DNA from: Chitinophagaceae bacterium | Lineage (GTDB): Bacteria; Bacteroidota; Bacteroidia; Chitinophagales; Chitinophagaceae | DNA: 64,000 nucleotides | Assembly: GCA_016720825.1 (NCBI GenBank) | Contig: JADKJV010000001.1 | Location: 140,930 to 204,929, forward strand | Reading direction: 5' to 3' | In this document: one piece after another, positions 30,881 to 40,374 of the stretch | Layout of the letters: each line of letters begins with the position of its first letter | Position numbering within the stretch: the first letter of the stretch is position 1 | Program-made: the position numbers and the translations under genes | The notes under the pieces: generated by a model | Databases searched by the model: none | What the model was told of the DNA's origin: nothing | What the model saw: only the letters and a program-made list of their open reading frames with translations

Positions 30881-31600
30881 TCAGCGTTTTAAAAGATTCC
30901 GGCTGGTTACAGTGAATAATAAAAATATCAGGCTGATAAAATATACGATATCGCGGGTATCAACCAGTCCGCGGCTGATACTGCGGTAATGGAAATCGAT
31001 CCCGATCATCTCCACATAATAATCCCCGCCGTTGGCCAGTGCCGGGAGCCGGCTGATCGCGCTGAAGCCGTAATAAAGCAACGCGCAAACGATCATGCCT
31101 GCAATAAATGCCACCACTGCATTTGATGTAAAACTGCTGCAGCAGATACCAATACCTGTAAAAACGGCGGCCAGGAAAAACAACCCGATATAAGAACCAA
31201 TAGTAGCACCCATATCCAGTCCTTTGCCTGCCGATAATTGTTGTATAGAAATGATGTAAACCAGTGTTGGCAGTAAGGCAATCACGGCTACAAAATAACT
31301 GCCGAGGTATTTTCCGGAAATGATCTGTGCCCTTGTCAGTGGTTTGGTCTGCAGGATCTCGTAAGTCCCGCTCTTGAATTCATCCGAAAAACTGCGCATC
31401 GTAATTGCGGGGATCAGCAGCAGCAAGATCCAGGGTGCCAGCTGGAAAAAACGATCCAGGGTGGCATAGCCAAAATCAAAAATATTATCCGGGAAAACAA
31501 AGAGAACAAGTCCGTTCACGAGCAGGAAGACGAGAATAGCGATGTAGCCGGTTAGACTGCTGAAAAATTGTCGGAGTTCTTTTTTACAAACTGACCACAT
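30881..31600 (-). CDS. gldF: Gliding-motility-associated ABC transporter permease GldF
   Basis: 239 aa with an ABC-2-type permease profile (CKKELRQFFSSLTGYI...MRSFSDEFKSGTYE). Confidence 0.8.
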   Translation of the reverse strand: MWSVCKKELRQFFSSLTGYIAILVFLLVNGLVLFVFPDNIFDFGYATLDRFFQLAPWILLLLIPAITMRSFSDEFKSGTYEILQTKPLTRAQIISGKYLGSYFVAVIALLPTLVYIISIQQLSAGKGLDMGATIGSYIGLFFLAAVFTGIGICCSSFTSNAVVAFIAGMIVCALLYYGFSAISRLPALANGGDYYVEMIGIDFHYRSISRGLVDTRDIVYFISLIFLLFTVTSRNLLKR

Positions 31601-31636
31601 AGGCGATGGGGTGCAAGATAAGGTAAACAGAGAGAA

Positions 31637-31689
31637 GTTGGAGGCTGGAGGAAGAAAGTTGGAGGTTGGAAGTTGGAGGTTGGAGGTTC
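31637..31689. repeat. GTTGGAG-type tandem heptamers (~7.5 units), left arm of intergenic element A
   Basis: Units in unbroken 7-nt phase: gttggag gctggag gaagaaa gttggag gttggaa gttggag gttggag gttc. Confidence 0.9.
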
Positions 31690-31777
31690 TTTAAAGCAGC
31701 AACACTCTCAAAGCGTTTTATCATTCTTGAAAATTGAACCAGTTCGGGAAAATAGGAAATGTCTGACCTTTCGGGTA

Positions 31778-31812
31778 CAACATCCAACATCCAACTTCCA
31801 ACATCCAACTAC
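31778..31812. repeat. CAACATC-type tandem heptamers (5 units), right arm of element A, inverted relative to the left arm
   Basis: Units: caacatc caacatc caacttc caacatc caactac. The reverse complement matches the left arm with about one mismatch per unit. Confidence 0.9.
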
Positions 31813-31839
31813 AAAAAAAGGCCTCCCTTCCAGGAAGCC
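31813..31839 (-). terminator. Rho-independent terminator downstream of the iscA-like gene
   Basis: On the minus strand: GGCUUCC-UGGAAG-GGAGGCC (7-bp stem with one G.U pair) followed by UUUUUUU. Confidence 0.65.
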
Positions 31840-31863
31840 CTCTTAATCTTTTTAACACCCCGC

Positions 31864-32217
31864 CTACACGGCGAAACTCTCCCCGCATCCGCAGGTACGG
31901 CTGGCATTGGGATTGCTGAAATAAAAGCCTTTGCCGTTGAGTCCGTCGGAGAAGTCGAGGGTGGTATTGACGAGGTACAGGAAACTTTTAAGATCGGTTA
32001 CCAGTTTCACGCCGTTATCTTCAAATGCCTGGTCCATGGGTTTGGATTCGTTGTCAAAGTCCAGTTTGTAACTGAGCCCTGAGCAGCCGCCACCCACCAC
32101 GCTTACGCGGAGGAAATAGGCCGGGTCTCCGAGGATTCCGGCGTCCTTCATCAGCTGGTCCACTTTGCTTCTGGCCTTATCGCTGATATAAATACTGTTT
32201 TCCAATGCAACGTTCAT
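31864..32217 (-). CDS. HesB/IscA-family iron-sulfur cluster insertion protein
   Basis: 117 aa. Contains GGGCSG and the C-terminal CGCGESF motif. Confidence 0.9.
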   Translation of the reverse strand: MNVALENSIYISDKARSKVDQLMKDAGILGDPAYFLRVSVVGGGCSGLSYKLDFDNESKPMDQAFEDNGVKLVTDLKSFLYLVNTTLDFSDGLNGKGFYFSNPNASRTCGCGESFAV

Positions 32218-32241
32218 ACGCTATAGTACGGTTTGGCCGGT

Positions 32242-32661
32242 TTAGTGAACCGGGCTTTCATCAAATTTCAGTTCGGGAAGTCCGTTTTTCTGCCTGTAAT
32301 CATTGATCGCTGCTTTGATGGCATCTTCGGCCAGTACAGAGCAGTGGATTTTTACCGGGGGCAGGTTTAATTCTTCAACGATTTCCATGTTGTCAATCTT
32401 AACAGCTTCGTCAACAGTTTTCCCTTTCAGCCATTCGGTGGCTAAAGAAGAAGAAGCGATGGCAGAGCCGCAGCCAAATGTTTTGAATTTGGCATCTTTG
32501 ATCATACCGGTAGTTTCATCCACTTCAATCTGCAGGCGCATCACGTCGCCGCATTCCGGTGCACCCACCAGGCCTGTTCCCACGTTGTTTTTGCTCTTGT
32601 CGAGCGTACCCACGTTCTTGGGGTTCTGGTAGTGGTCAATCACTTTTTCTGAGTATGCCAT
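32242..32661 (-). CDS. iscU: Fe-S cluster assembly scaffold IscU
   Basis: ORF 32242..32715, with the start at MAYSEKVIDHYQNPKNVG. Contains GAPECGD, GCGSAIASSS and LPPVKIHCS motifs. Confidence 0.9.
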   Translation of the reverse strand: MAYSEKVIDHYQNPKNVGTLDKSKNNVGTGLVGAPECGDVMRLQIEVDETTGMIKDAKFKTFGCGSAIASSSLATEWLKGKTVDEAVKIDNMEIVEELNLPPVKIHCSVLAEDAIKAAINDYRQKNGLPELKFDESPVH

Positions 32662-32699
32662 ATGATTAAGTTTTATATGGTTTTTGTAAATGCTGTTTA

Positions 32700-33917
32700 C
32701 TAATGATGGGCCCATTCGATGGTGCTCATATCAATTCCCTCTTTATACATTTCCCAAAGCGGACTCATCTCCCTGAGTTTATTCACTGTATTTGTAACCT
32801 GTTCGATGGTATAATCAATTTGTTCTTCTGTGGTAAAGCGTCCCAGTCCGAAACGCAGCGAACTGTGTGCCAGGTCATCTCCCAGTCCCAGTGCTTTCAG
32901 CACATAAGAAGGTTCCAGTGATGCAGAAGTACAGGCTGAACCGGATGATACGGCAATGTTTTTATTGAAGCCCATCATCAGTCCTTCCCCTTCCACATAT
33001 TTGAAAGAGATATTGGTAACGTGGGGCAGTTTATGTTCTTTATCGCCGTTGAGATAACTCTCTTCCACTTTCATCAGTTCGGTTTGCAGTTTATCACGGA
33101 GTTTGCTCACGCGTGCAGTTTCTTCATCCATTTCAAGGCGGCAGATTTCGCAGGCTTTACCGAAGCCAACGATACCGGGCACATTGAGTGTTCCGCTGCG
33201 CATGCCGCGTTCGTGACCACCACCATCAATCTGTGCGGTTACTTTCACACGGGGATTTTTGCGGCGTACATACAATGCGCCAACTCCTTTAGGGCCATAC
33301 ATTTTATGGGCTGTGAACGCCATCAGGTCAATTCCGTCTTTGTTTACATCAACGGGAATTTTACCTACAGCCTGGGTAGCATCGCTGAACAGCAATACAC
33401 CGTGTTTGCGGGCGATGGCACTGATTTCTTTCATCGGCATCACGGTTCCAATTTCATTATTGGCATACATGACAGCAATGAGAATGGTTGTGGGTTTGAT
33501 AGCCGCTTCCAGTTCTGCGAGATCAACAAGGCCGTTATCTTTTACTTTGAGGTAAGTGACTTCGCCGCCTTCTTTTTCAATATGCTTGCAGGTATCCAGT
33601 ACCGCTTTGTGTTCGATATTGCAGGTAATGATATGATTGCCTTTGCTGGCATACATTTCAAACACCCCTTTGATGGCCAGGTTATCGCCTTCAGTGGCGC
33701 CGGAAGTAAAGATGATTTCTTTGGGATCAGCACCGATCAGTTTGGCCACTTGTTCGCGGGCATAATCAACAGCCTCTTCAGCCTGCCATCCAAATGCGTG
33801 GTTACGGCTGGCAGCGTTCCCGAAACTGTTTGTGAAATAGGGGATCATTGCCTCCACTACGCGGGGGTCACAGGGGGTCGTCGCATTATGATCGAGATAG
33901 ATGGGAAAATTCAGCAT
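32700..33917 (-). CDS. iscS: Cysteine desulfurase IscS
   Basis: ORF 32700..33953, with the start at [15 protein letters not shown]. Contains the PLP lysine context ([11 protein letters not shown]) and the active-site SSGSACTS. Confidence 0.9.
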   Translation of the reverse strand: MLNFPIYLDHNATTPCDPRVVEAMIPYFTNSFGNAASRNHAFGWQAEEAVDYAREQVAKLIGADPKEIIFTSGATEGDNLAIKGVFEMYASKGNHIITCNIEHKAVLDTCKHIEKEGGEVTYLKVKDNGLVDLAELEAAIKPTTILIAVMYANNEIGTVMPMKEISAIARKHGVLLFSDATQAVGKIPVDVNKDGIDLMAFTAHKMYGPKGVGALYVRRKNPRVKVTAQIDGGGHERGMRSGTLNVPGIVGFGKACEICRLEMDEETARVSKLRDKLQTELMKVEESYLNGDKEHKLPHVTNISFKYVEGEGLMMGFNKNIAVSSGSACTSASLEPSYVLKALGLGDDLAHSSLRFGLGRFTTEEQIDYTIEQVTNTVNKLREMSPLWEMYKEGIDMSTIEWAHH

Positions 33918-34044
33918 AAAACTCTTATAGTTAATTGTTTCAATACAACACAAAATTACTCTAAAAGGTTGTTTAAGAAAGGGGTAATTTAGCTTTGCAC
34001 ACGGAATTTACCGATCTCGTAAGCCCCCGAAAATCCGTTTAATT

Positions 34045-34443
34045 ATGCAAAAAATTGAACATGTTGGCATAGCCGTCCGCAGCCTGGACGAAGCCATCCC
34101 CCGTTACGAAAAATTGCTCGGAACCCCCTGTTATAAAACCGAAATTGTTGAGTCCGAGAAAGTAAGAACCGCTTTTTTCCAGACCGGTCCCAACAAAATC
34201 GAGCTCCTGGAAAGCACAGACCCGGGCGGCGTCATCGCCCGTTTCATCGAAAAAAAGGGTGAAGGCCTCCACCATATCGCCTTTGACTCAGCTGATATCG
34301 AGGCCGACATGCAGCGCCTCGCTGCCGAGGGCTACCGCCTGCTGAACGAAAAACCCAAAGCCGGAGCGGATAATAAGTGGGTTTGTTTTTTGCATCCGGC
34401 TGGAGCGAATGGAGTACTTGTGGAATTGTGCCAAAGTCGCTAG
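34045..34443 (+). CDS. mce: Methylmalonyl-CoA epimerase (VOC superfamily)
   Basis: 132 aa. Contains IEHVGIAV...IELLE...GLHHIAF...VELCQ. Confidence 0.85.
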   Translation: MQKIEHVGIAVRSLDEAIPRYEKLLGTPCYKTEIVESEKVRTAFFQTGPNKIELLESTDPGGVIARFIEKKGEGLHHIAFDSADIEADMQRLAAEGYRLLNEKPKAGADNKWVCFLHPAGANGVLVELCQSR

Positions 34444-34667
34444 TCTTAGTTCGTTAGTCTGTAACAGTAAGCTTTTTTTGAGGTGAAGTTTGAAGTTGGC
34501 GGAATTAGGAATGGTTCCTTCCTAACTTTTGGAGCTTGTTTTGGACTTTTGACTTTGGAATTTGGGATTGAGGAATTTGGAATTGTAGTTTCTTCCTTCG
34601 AGTTTGTTTTGACTTTGTGTCTTTGAATTGTGAATATACTTGGAGGGAATTTCTATGTGTAAAGACT

Positions 34668-35396
34668 CTAAACAATAGAATCCGAGTTCACAATCCCCAT
34701 CTTCTCAACCGCCAGTTGTGCAGCAATCTGTGAAGCATCTTTTTTATTGAAAGCTTTTCCCTGGGCGATTTGTTTTCCATCTATCACTGCGGCGACGGTG
34801 AAGAGCCGGCGGCCGTTTTCCAGTTTTTCGTTGAGTGTTTCAAACTCCAGCACTTTGCCGTTTTTATTGGCCCAGCCGTAGAGTTTGTTTTTATGATTGA
34901 TCTCGAGGATTTCAAGATCATCCATGTACATGTGCGGGAGGATGATAGACTCCATCACCCATTTGCTGGCTTTTTTATAACCTTCATCCAGGTAGATAGC
35001 GCCAACGAGTGCTTCGAGTGTATTCCCGAAAATCTGGCTCACTTTGAGTGAACTGTCGAGTTTGTTGTAGAGGGTGATTTTTTTGAGTCCCATCCGCACT
35101 GCAATATCATTCAGTTGCTGGCGGTTCACCATTTTGCTGCGCATCTCGGTGAGAAATCCTTCTTCTTTGTAGGGGTATCTTTTGAACAGGTAGTCGGCGA
35201 TCAGTGCACTGAGCACTGCATCCCCGAGGTATTCAAGCCTTTCATTGTTCTCGTGTGAACCTTCCCTGACAGAGCGGTGTGTGAGTGCCGCTTTGTAGAT
35301 ATTGGTATTACGGGGCTTGAAACCCAGTATATTCCGAAGCTCTTTCCTGAATGCAGAGCCGGCATGTTTCTTAAAAAAGTTCTTAAAAAAATCCAC
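34668..35396 (-). CDS. rnc: Ribonuclease III
   Basis: 242 aa with a GTG start. Contains the NERLEYLGDAVL signature and a C-terminal dsRBD. Confidence 0.9.
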   Translation of the reverse strand: MDFFKNFFKKHAGSAFRKELRNILGFKPRNTNIYKAALTHRSVREGSHENNERLEYLGDAVLSALIADYLFKRYPYKEEGFLTEMRSKMVNRQQLNDIAVRMGLKKITLYNKLDSSLKVSQIFGNTLEALVGAIYLDEGYKKASKWVMESIILPHMYMDDLEILEINHKNKLYGWANKNGKVLEFETLNEKLENGRRLFTVAAVIDGKQIAQGKAFNKKDASQIAAQLAVEKMGIVNSDSIV

Positions 35397-35458
35397 CGTA
35401 ACAAGCTACGAATAATTGTTTAAAAATCGCAAGGGAACAGTCCCGGGTTGCGTGGAAC

Positions 35459-36715
35459 TCAGACTCCTGCATATTTTTTTACAATCACACAGGCGTTATG
35501 GCCTCCGAAGCCAAAGGTATTGCTGAGGGCAGCCCTTACTTCGCGTTGCTGTGATTTATTGAATGTAAAATTGAGTTTAGGATCAAGTTCGGGATCATCG
35601 GTAAAGTGATTGATGGTAGGCGGAACATGATTATGGATCACAGCCTGTATACTGGCAATGGCCTCAATCACACCGGCAGCTCCCAGGCAATGACCAGTCA
35701 TTGATTTGGTTGCACTGATGTTCAGTTTGTAGGCATGTTCACCGAATACATGGGTGATGGCTTTCACTTCCGCACCATCCCCGATGGGAGTGGACGTACC
35801 GTGTGTATTGATATAATCAATTTCATCAGCCTGCATATTGGCATCCTGGAGGGCCACCAGCATTACATTGCGGGCACCGAGTCCTTCGGGATGTGGTGCA
35901 GTGATATGATGTGCATCTGCCGTAGCACCGCAACCGGCCACTTCACAAATAATATTTGCACCACGGGCTTTGGCATGTTCAAGTTCTTCCAGTACGAGCA
36001 TACCGGTTGCTTCACCCATTACAAATCCATCACGGTCTTTATCATAAGGCCGGCTGGCTGTTTTAGGATCATCATTGCGCTCGCTCATTGCTTTCATGGC
36101 ATTGAAACCACCCACACCTGCTTCGCTGATCACGGCTTCACTTCCACCGGTGAGAATGATATCAGCTTTAGCCAGCCTGATCAGGTTAAAAGCATCCATG
36201 ATGGCATTGGTACTGCTGGCGCAGGCGCTTACCACAGCAAAATTGGGCCCGCGTAAATTATGGCGCATGCTGATCTGACCTGCAGCAATATCGAGGATCA
36301 TCTTCGGAATAAAGAAAGGATTGAAACGGGGGGTACCATCTCCCCTGGCGAAATCGGTTACTTCATGCTGGAACGTGATCAAACCACCTATGCCGCTGGC
36401 AAAAACAACACCAACCCGGTCAGGATTGATATTATCCCTGTTCAACCCGGCACTTTTCATGGCCTGGTCACTGACAACCAGTGCCAGCTGGGTAAAACGG
36501 TCAATTTTACGGGCTTCTTTTTTATCCAGAAACTGGGTGGGGTCAAACCCTTTGATTTCGCAGGCAAACCGCGTGCGGAATTTAGTGGCATCAAACAGCG
36601 TGATCATATCAGCACCTGACACCCCATTAATGAGCCCGTTCCAGTATTCCTGAACTGTATTGCCAAGGGGCGTAATCGCACCCATGCCGGTAACAACAAC
36701 CCGTTTTAATTCCAT
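35459..36715 (-). CDS. fabF: 3-oxoacyl-ACP synthase II
   Basis: 418 aa with the Cys-His-His active-site context (SACASS, HGTSTP, GHCLGAAG). It lies downstream of acpP. Confidence 0.95.
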   Translation of the reverse strand: MELKRVVVTGMGAITPLGNTVQEYWNGLINGVSGADMITLFDATKFRTRFACEIKGFDPTQFLDKKEARKIDRFTQLALVVSDQAMKSAGLNRDNINPDRVGVVFASGIGGLITFQHEVTDFARGDGTPRFNPFFIPKMILDIAAGQISMRHNLRGPNFAVVSACASSTNAIMDAFNLIRLAKADIILTGGSEAVISEAGVGGFNAMKAMSERNDDPKTASRPYDKDRDGFVMGEATGMLVLEELEHAKARGANIICEVAGCGATADAHHITAPHPEGLGARNVMLVALQDANMQADEIDYINTHGTSTPIGDGAEVKAITHVFGEHAYKLNISATKSMTGHCLGAAGVIEAIASIQAVIHNHVPPTINHFTDDPELDPKLNFTFNKSQQREVRAALSNTFGFGGHNACVIVKKYAGV

Positions 36716-36777
36716 ACGGCTGAAGATAATAAGGTTTTCCGAAGATACAACTAAGCGTAATCGTCCTTCCCTATTTT

Positions 36778-36826
36778 GTGAAAAACGCCTTCCGGCCGGC
36801 AGAACCGGAAACCGGAAGGCGTTTAA
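36778..36826 (-). terminator. Strong hairpin/terminator between acpP and fabF
   Basis: 13-bp stem aaacgccttccgg / ccggaaggcgttt. On the minus strand it is followed by tttttcac. Confidence 0.7.
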
Positions 36827-36875
36827 AATTTATTTCATCGCTGCCCCAGAGATCGGGCAGAAAAACAGCAGTAAA

Positions 36876-37112
36876 TTATTTTACATGTTCTTCCAGGTAG
36901 GCAACTGCCTGTCCGACGGTGGTGATCGTTTCAGCCTGCTCGTCAGGAATAGAGATATTAAACTCTTTTTCGAATTCCATGATCAGTTCTACTGTATCTA
37001 ATGAATCGGCGCCAAGATCGTTGGTGAAAGAGGCTTCAGGTGTAACTTCTGATTCGTCAACACCCAGTTTGTCGATGATGATTTTTTTAACTCTTGATGC
37101 AATGTCTGACAT
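36876..37112 (-). CDS. acpP: Acyl carrier protein
   Basis: 78 aa with the [12 protein letters not shown] phosphopantetheine-attachment motif. Confidence 0.95.
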   Translation of the reverse strand: MSDIASRVKKIIIDKLGVDESEVTPEASFTNDLGADSLDTVELIMEFEKEFNISIPDEQAETITTVGQAVAYLEEHVK

Positions 37113-37138
37113 GTTCTTAAAGTTTTGTTTATTGGGTG

Positions 37139-37146
37139 CAAAAATA
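37139..37146 (-). promoter_or_regulatory. Candidate Bacteroidota -7 promoter box (TAnnTTTG) for acpP
   Basis: The minus strand reads TATTTTTG 26 nt upstream of the acpP ATG. I found no convincing -33 TTTG partner. Confidence 0.3.
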
Positions 37147-37326
37147 TACTTTTTGAATTAATCGGCATCGGAATAACCCTTTTTTCTGAATTGTTCCAAA
37201 TACCTGAGAATTAGCCCATAAGACAACAAACCCCGCAGTTTGGCCCTTAAAATAAAAAGAGCAGCCCGTTGGCAGTGTAGCCGGATCTTTGTATTTTGAA
37301 GTTATTACTCCAAAACCAACAGGCTA

Positions 37327-37755
37327 ATGGCTCTCAAAATCCTCGAACACGGCAGTGCTGAGTACTACCAGATGGTCAATCTGAGGGATGCCGTGCTGCG
37401 CCGGCCCCTTGGCCTGAGTTTTAACCCCGAAGAACTGGAAGGTGAAAAGGAAAACATCATGATTGGTGCTTTTGAAGACGACGACATCCTCGGATGCTGT
37501 ATGCTGGTGGCGGAAAACCAGGAGGTGATCAGGCTGCGCCAAATGGCCGTTTTGAACGACTTACAGGGAAAGGGCATTGGACGTGCTATCATGAATTTTG
37601 CTGAAAATATAGCCCGCGACAGGGGCTACAAGATACTTTCCATGCATGCCCGCAAAAACGCGCAGGGCTTTTATGAGAAAATGGGCTATAAAGTGGCCAG
37701 TGATGAATTCATGGAAGTAACGATCCCCCACTACGTGATGGAAAAAGAACTCTGA
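37327..37755 (+). CDS. GNAT-family N-acetyltransferase
   Basis: 142 aa with an acetyl-CoA-binding segment (RQMAVLNDLQGKGIGRAIM). Confidence 0.85.
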   Translation: MALKILEHGSAEYYQMVNLRDAVLRRPLGLSFNPEELEGEKENIMIGAFEDDDILGCCMLVAENQEVIRLRQMAVLNDLQGKGIGRAIMNFAENIARDRGYKILSMHARKNAQGFYEKMGYKVASDEFMEVTIPHYVMEKEL

Positions 37756-37758
37756 TCC

Positions 37759-38238
37759 CTACTTGCCTTTAATATACTTATTGAAGATTCCCCTCAGTTC
37801 AGTCACTCCTTCTTTATCTGTGCACCCTGATTTGGGCACCAGGAAAAATGTCCGGCTGTCAAAATACAAATGGAAAAAATGGGGACTTTCCATGTATGTT
37901 TTCAATGATTCCCAGGGCCAGGACTTGGAGCCTCTTTCATGTTCCAGTGTAAATCCGTCCTCATCAAAATTCATACTGAATGAATGTTTGAAAGTAACTG
38001 CCCTGCGGTAAACAATCATTGGCAGGAAGAACCAGAAACTCAGCATCAGTATTATCCAAAGGAAAGAACCGACCAGGAAAGCCAGTGGCTGGATTTTTTT
38101 AAGCGCATATAATGTAACAGATGCAATGGCAAACACATTCACGAGTATGATCATGAACTTGATTTCCGGGCGGCTGATAAAATGATATCGCAATGCCTGG
38201 ATGACCTGTGCTTTCTGATAACTGAAATAAATTCTCAT
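37759..38238 (-). CDS. Membrane protein (YcxB-like layout)
   Basis: ORF 37759..38292, with the start taken at MRIYFSYQK. Two TM helices are followed by a ~100-aa soluble domain. The family call is tentative. Confidence 0.45.
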   Translation of the reverse strand: MRIYFSYQKAQVIQALRYHFISRPEIKFMIILVNVFAIASVTLYALKKIQPLAFLVGSFLWIILMLSFWFFLPMIVYRRAVTFKHSFSMNFDEDGFTLEHERGSKSWPWESLKTYMESPHFFHLYFDSRTFFLVPKSGCTDKEGVTELRGIFNKYIKGK

Positions 38239-38254
38239 AGCCTGAATTATGCGG

Positions 38255-38847
38255 TTAGTTTTCCGGCTGGTAAGGACAGCCAATCCGGGCAATTTTCCAT
38301 TTGCCTTTTTCTTTCTTCATCCCAAAACACATGATAACGGTTTCCACTTTTTTGCCGCTATCCATATAAAAACCCAATACATCCACAGTGGCATCCATGC
38401 CTTTTACTGTAGTAATCCATTGTTTTGATTTCTTCAGTTCATCCACCAGCACCTGGGGTTCTTCCTGGCTGTTGGTGTACCAGTCGTAGTCAAAATTATA
38501 AGGCATATCGCTTTCCGGATCTGCTTTAAAAGCCGAATCGCTTTGCTTCAGTAATATGCGGAGGTTTTTAATAAACTCTTCGCCCAGTTGCGGCACGGAT
38601 GACCTGATAAAACCAAAATACCTTTCTGCTTCTTTCCAGTTGATCCGGTATGGCGGATTATCCTTGCTGCGGATTCCTTCGTACAGGTTATAATTCATGA
38701 AGCGCTGGTAGTTTTGGTGTACCAGTTGTAAAAAGTCAGGATGGTTGTATGGATCTGTGCCGAGTCACCCGGCTCCGGGCCAGCCGGGCTTGCCTGCAAA
38801 CCCGAGGTAATAAGGCAAAAAGCAGCTGCGATAAAAATGTTTCTCAT
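38255..38847 (-). pseudogene. Hypothetical secreted protein; frame broken in the A/T run near 38712-38715 (one nucleotide missing)
   Basis: A short ORF from ATG 38847 encodes a signal peptide (MRNIFIAAAFCLITSGLQA...ILTFYNWYTK) and runs out of frame into ORF 38255..38698 (...NYQRF|MNYNLYEG). Span is 593 nt, which is 3n+2. Confidence 0.5.
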
Positions 38848-38849
38848 AA

Positions 38850-40199
38850 TTATTTGTTCGCTGGTGTTTTCAGTTCTTTTTCAGAAATAGTCCAGTTTCC
38901 GAGTGCATCGCCTTTCACGCCAAAAAACTCCACTTTTAACTGGCGGTTACCGCTGTTTCCTGAGAAACTGAACCTGGCGTAATTCTGTTTCTGGTCAATG
39001 CCCAGTACACGGTAAGGATTATTTTTTTCAGCCCCACCAAAACTATGGGTACCGGAAGTAAGCGGTGATACAGTGATATCATATAACGAGTATGTGCCGG
39101 GACGATCCACTTTAATAATTTCAGAATGGTGCCTGTCGCCGGTTAAAAACATAACCCCGTTAATTTTATACTCTTTAATAAAATCCATGATCTCCTGGTA
39201 TTCAACCGGGCAATTGGCCCAGCGGTCGAATGGTGAAACGGGGTTTAATACCTGTGACCCCATCGCAATGATTTTGAAAGTCGCTCCACTGTACAGCAAT
39301 GAATTTTTCAGCCATTCCATTTGTTGTTTGCCGAGCATTTCCTTGGCCGGGTTTGGTTTTCCGTCAACAGAATCAGGTGTGCGGTCCGCACTGCGCCACC
39401 ACCGGTCATCAGTCAGGAAAATATCAGCATCACCATAGCTGGTCATGGTATATGTTCCCTGGCCGTTTTCGCCATAGGACGGATTGCACCAGTATTTTTT
39501 CCAGATATCCCGGCTTACATCTTTGAGGATATAATTCTTGCCGATATCATTAGGGCCATAATCATGGTCATCCCACATCGCCAGTTGCGGCATGGATTTC
39601 CAGAAGTTCTGGAGGATGGGCATGGCTCTGTCGCGCTGGGCACGGTACCAGAGTCCCCATTCGCTGTAATAATCTACTTCACGGGTGTACCATTCATCAC
39701 CGAGCCAGAGCATGAAAGCGGATTTCTCTTTGGCCATTGTTTCGAAAATGGATGAATCACCACCGTAAGGTTTGCCGGGCCTGTCATATTCAGGCTGGTT
39801 GAAATAAGCACAGGAACCAGTCAGGAAACTGAACGCAGGCGGTGGCTTGCGCCATTGCCAGAGATCTTTAGTGGTTAACTCGCCGACTTTGCCGCTTGGT
39901 TTGCCATTAATCAGGATCTCATATTTATAAGTTGTGTTCAGTTCAAGTCCGCCGACTGTAAACTGGATGGGATTAAACTCTTTTCCCAGTGTTCCCGAAT
40001 AATTAATGGTAACGGGTTTACCTCCGCTTTTTTTTGAAATAACAACCGCTGCTTTCTGTGTAGCAGGAGCCACTTCCACCCAGATCTTCGCATCCCTGTA
40101 TTCAACAGGTCCGAGCATGGGACCGGCAATGACCTGTGCATTTGATTGTTTGAAGCAAAGAATACCAATAACTGCTAATAGCAAACGGGGGATTTTCAT
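38850..40199 (-). CDS. PhoD-like alkaline phosphatase / metallophosphatase
   Basis: 449 aa with a signal peptide and WDDHDYGPND and GDRHHSE motifs. Confidence 0.85.
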   Translation of the reverse strand: MKIPRLLLAVIGILCFKQSNAQVIAGPMLGPVEYRDAKIWVEVAPATQKAAVVISKKSGGKPVTINYSGTLGKEFNPIQFTVGGLELNTTYKYEILINGKPSGKVGELTTKDLWQWRKPPPAFSFLTGSCAYFNQPEYDRPGKPYGGDSSIFETMAKEKSAFMLWLGDEWYTREVDYYSEWGLWYRAQRDRAMPILQNFWKSMPQLAMWDDHDYGPNDIGKNYILKDVSRDIWKKYWCNPSYGENGQGTYTMTSYGDADIFLTDDRWWRSADRTPDSVDGKPNPAKEMLGKQQMEWLKNSLLYSGATFKIIAMGSQVLNPVSPFDRWANCPVEYQEIMDFIKEYKINGVMFLTGDRHHSEIIKVDRPGTYSLYDITVSPLTSGTHSFGGAEKNNPYRVLGIDQKQNYARFSFSGNSGNRQLKVEFFGVKGDALGNWTISEKELKTPANK

Positions 40200-40322
40200 G
40201 TCTTCAGTTTAGTCGCACAAAATAACGCAGAAGGCCAACAATAAAAAAATAACTGACCGGGTGATTTATGTTGTCAATGTGTAAACTCCGCAGGGAATTC
40301 TGAGTGGATTATTGATTCCGGG

Positions 40323-40354
40323 CAAAAAAAAACCGTCCCGGAAAGGGACGGTTC
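40323..40354 (-). terminator. Rho-independent terminator after the collagen-repeat gene
   Basis: On the minus strand: aaccgtccc-tttcc-gggacggtt followed by a T run. Confidence 0.8.
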
Positions 40355-40374
40355 TATATAAACAGATTATACGA

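Noticed and set aside
31601-31640. A 'atggggtgcaag...agagag' stretch reminiscent of the start of a TPP riboswitch
   Set aside because: There is no CTGAGA/ACCTGA pairing partner and no downstream gene on that strand. The stretch overlaps the immediate 5' flank of gldF on the opposite strand.
33021-33992. A 323-aa ORF on the + strand, antisense to iscS
   Set aside because: It fully overlaps a gene whose translation is an unmistakable cysteine desulfurase. The antisense translation is Phe/His/Gly/Ile-rich low complexity with no recognisable motif. This is a typical shadow ORF.
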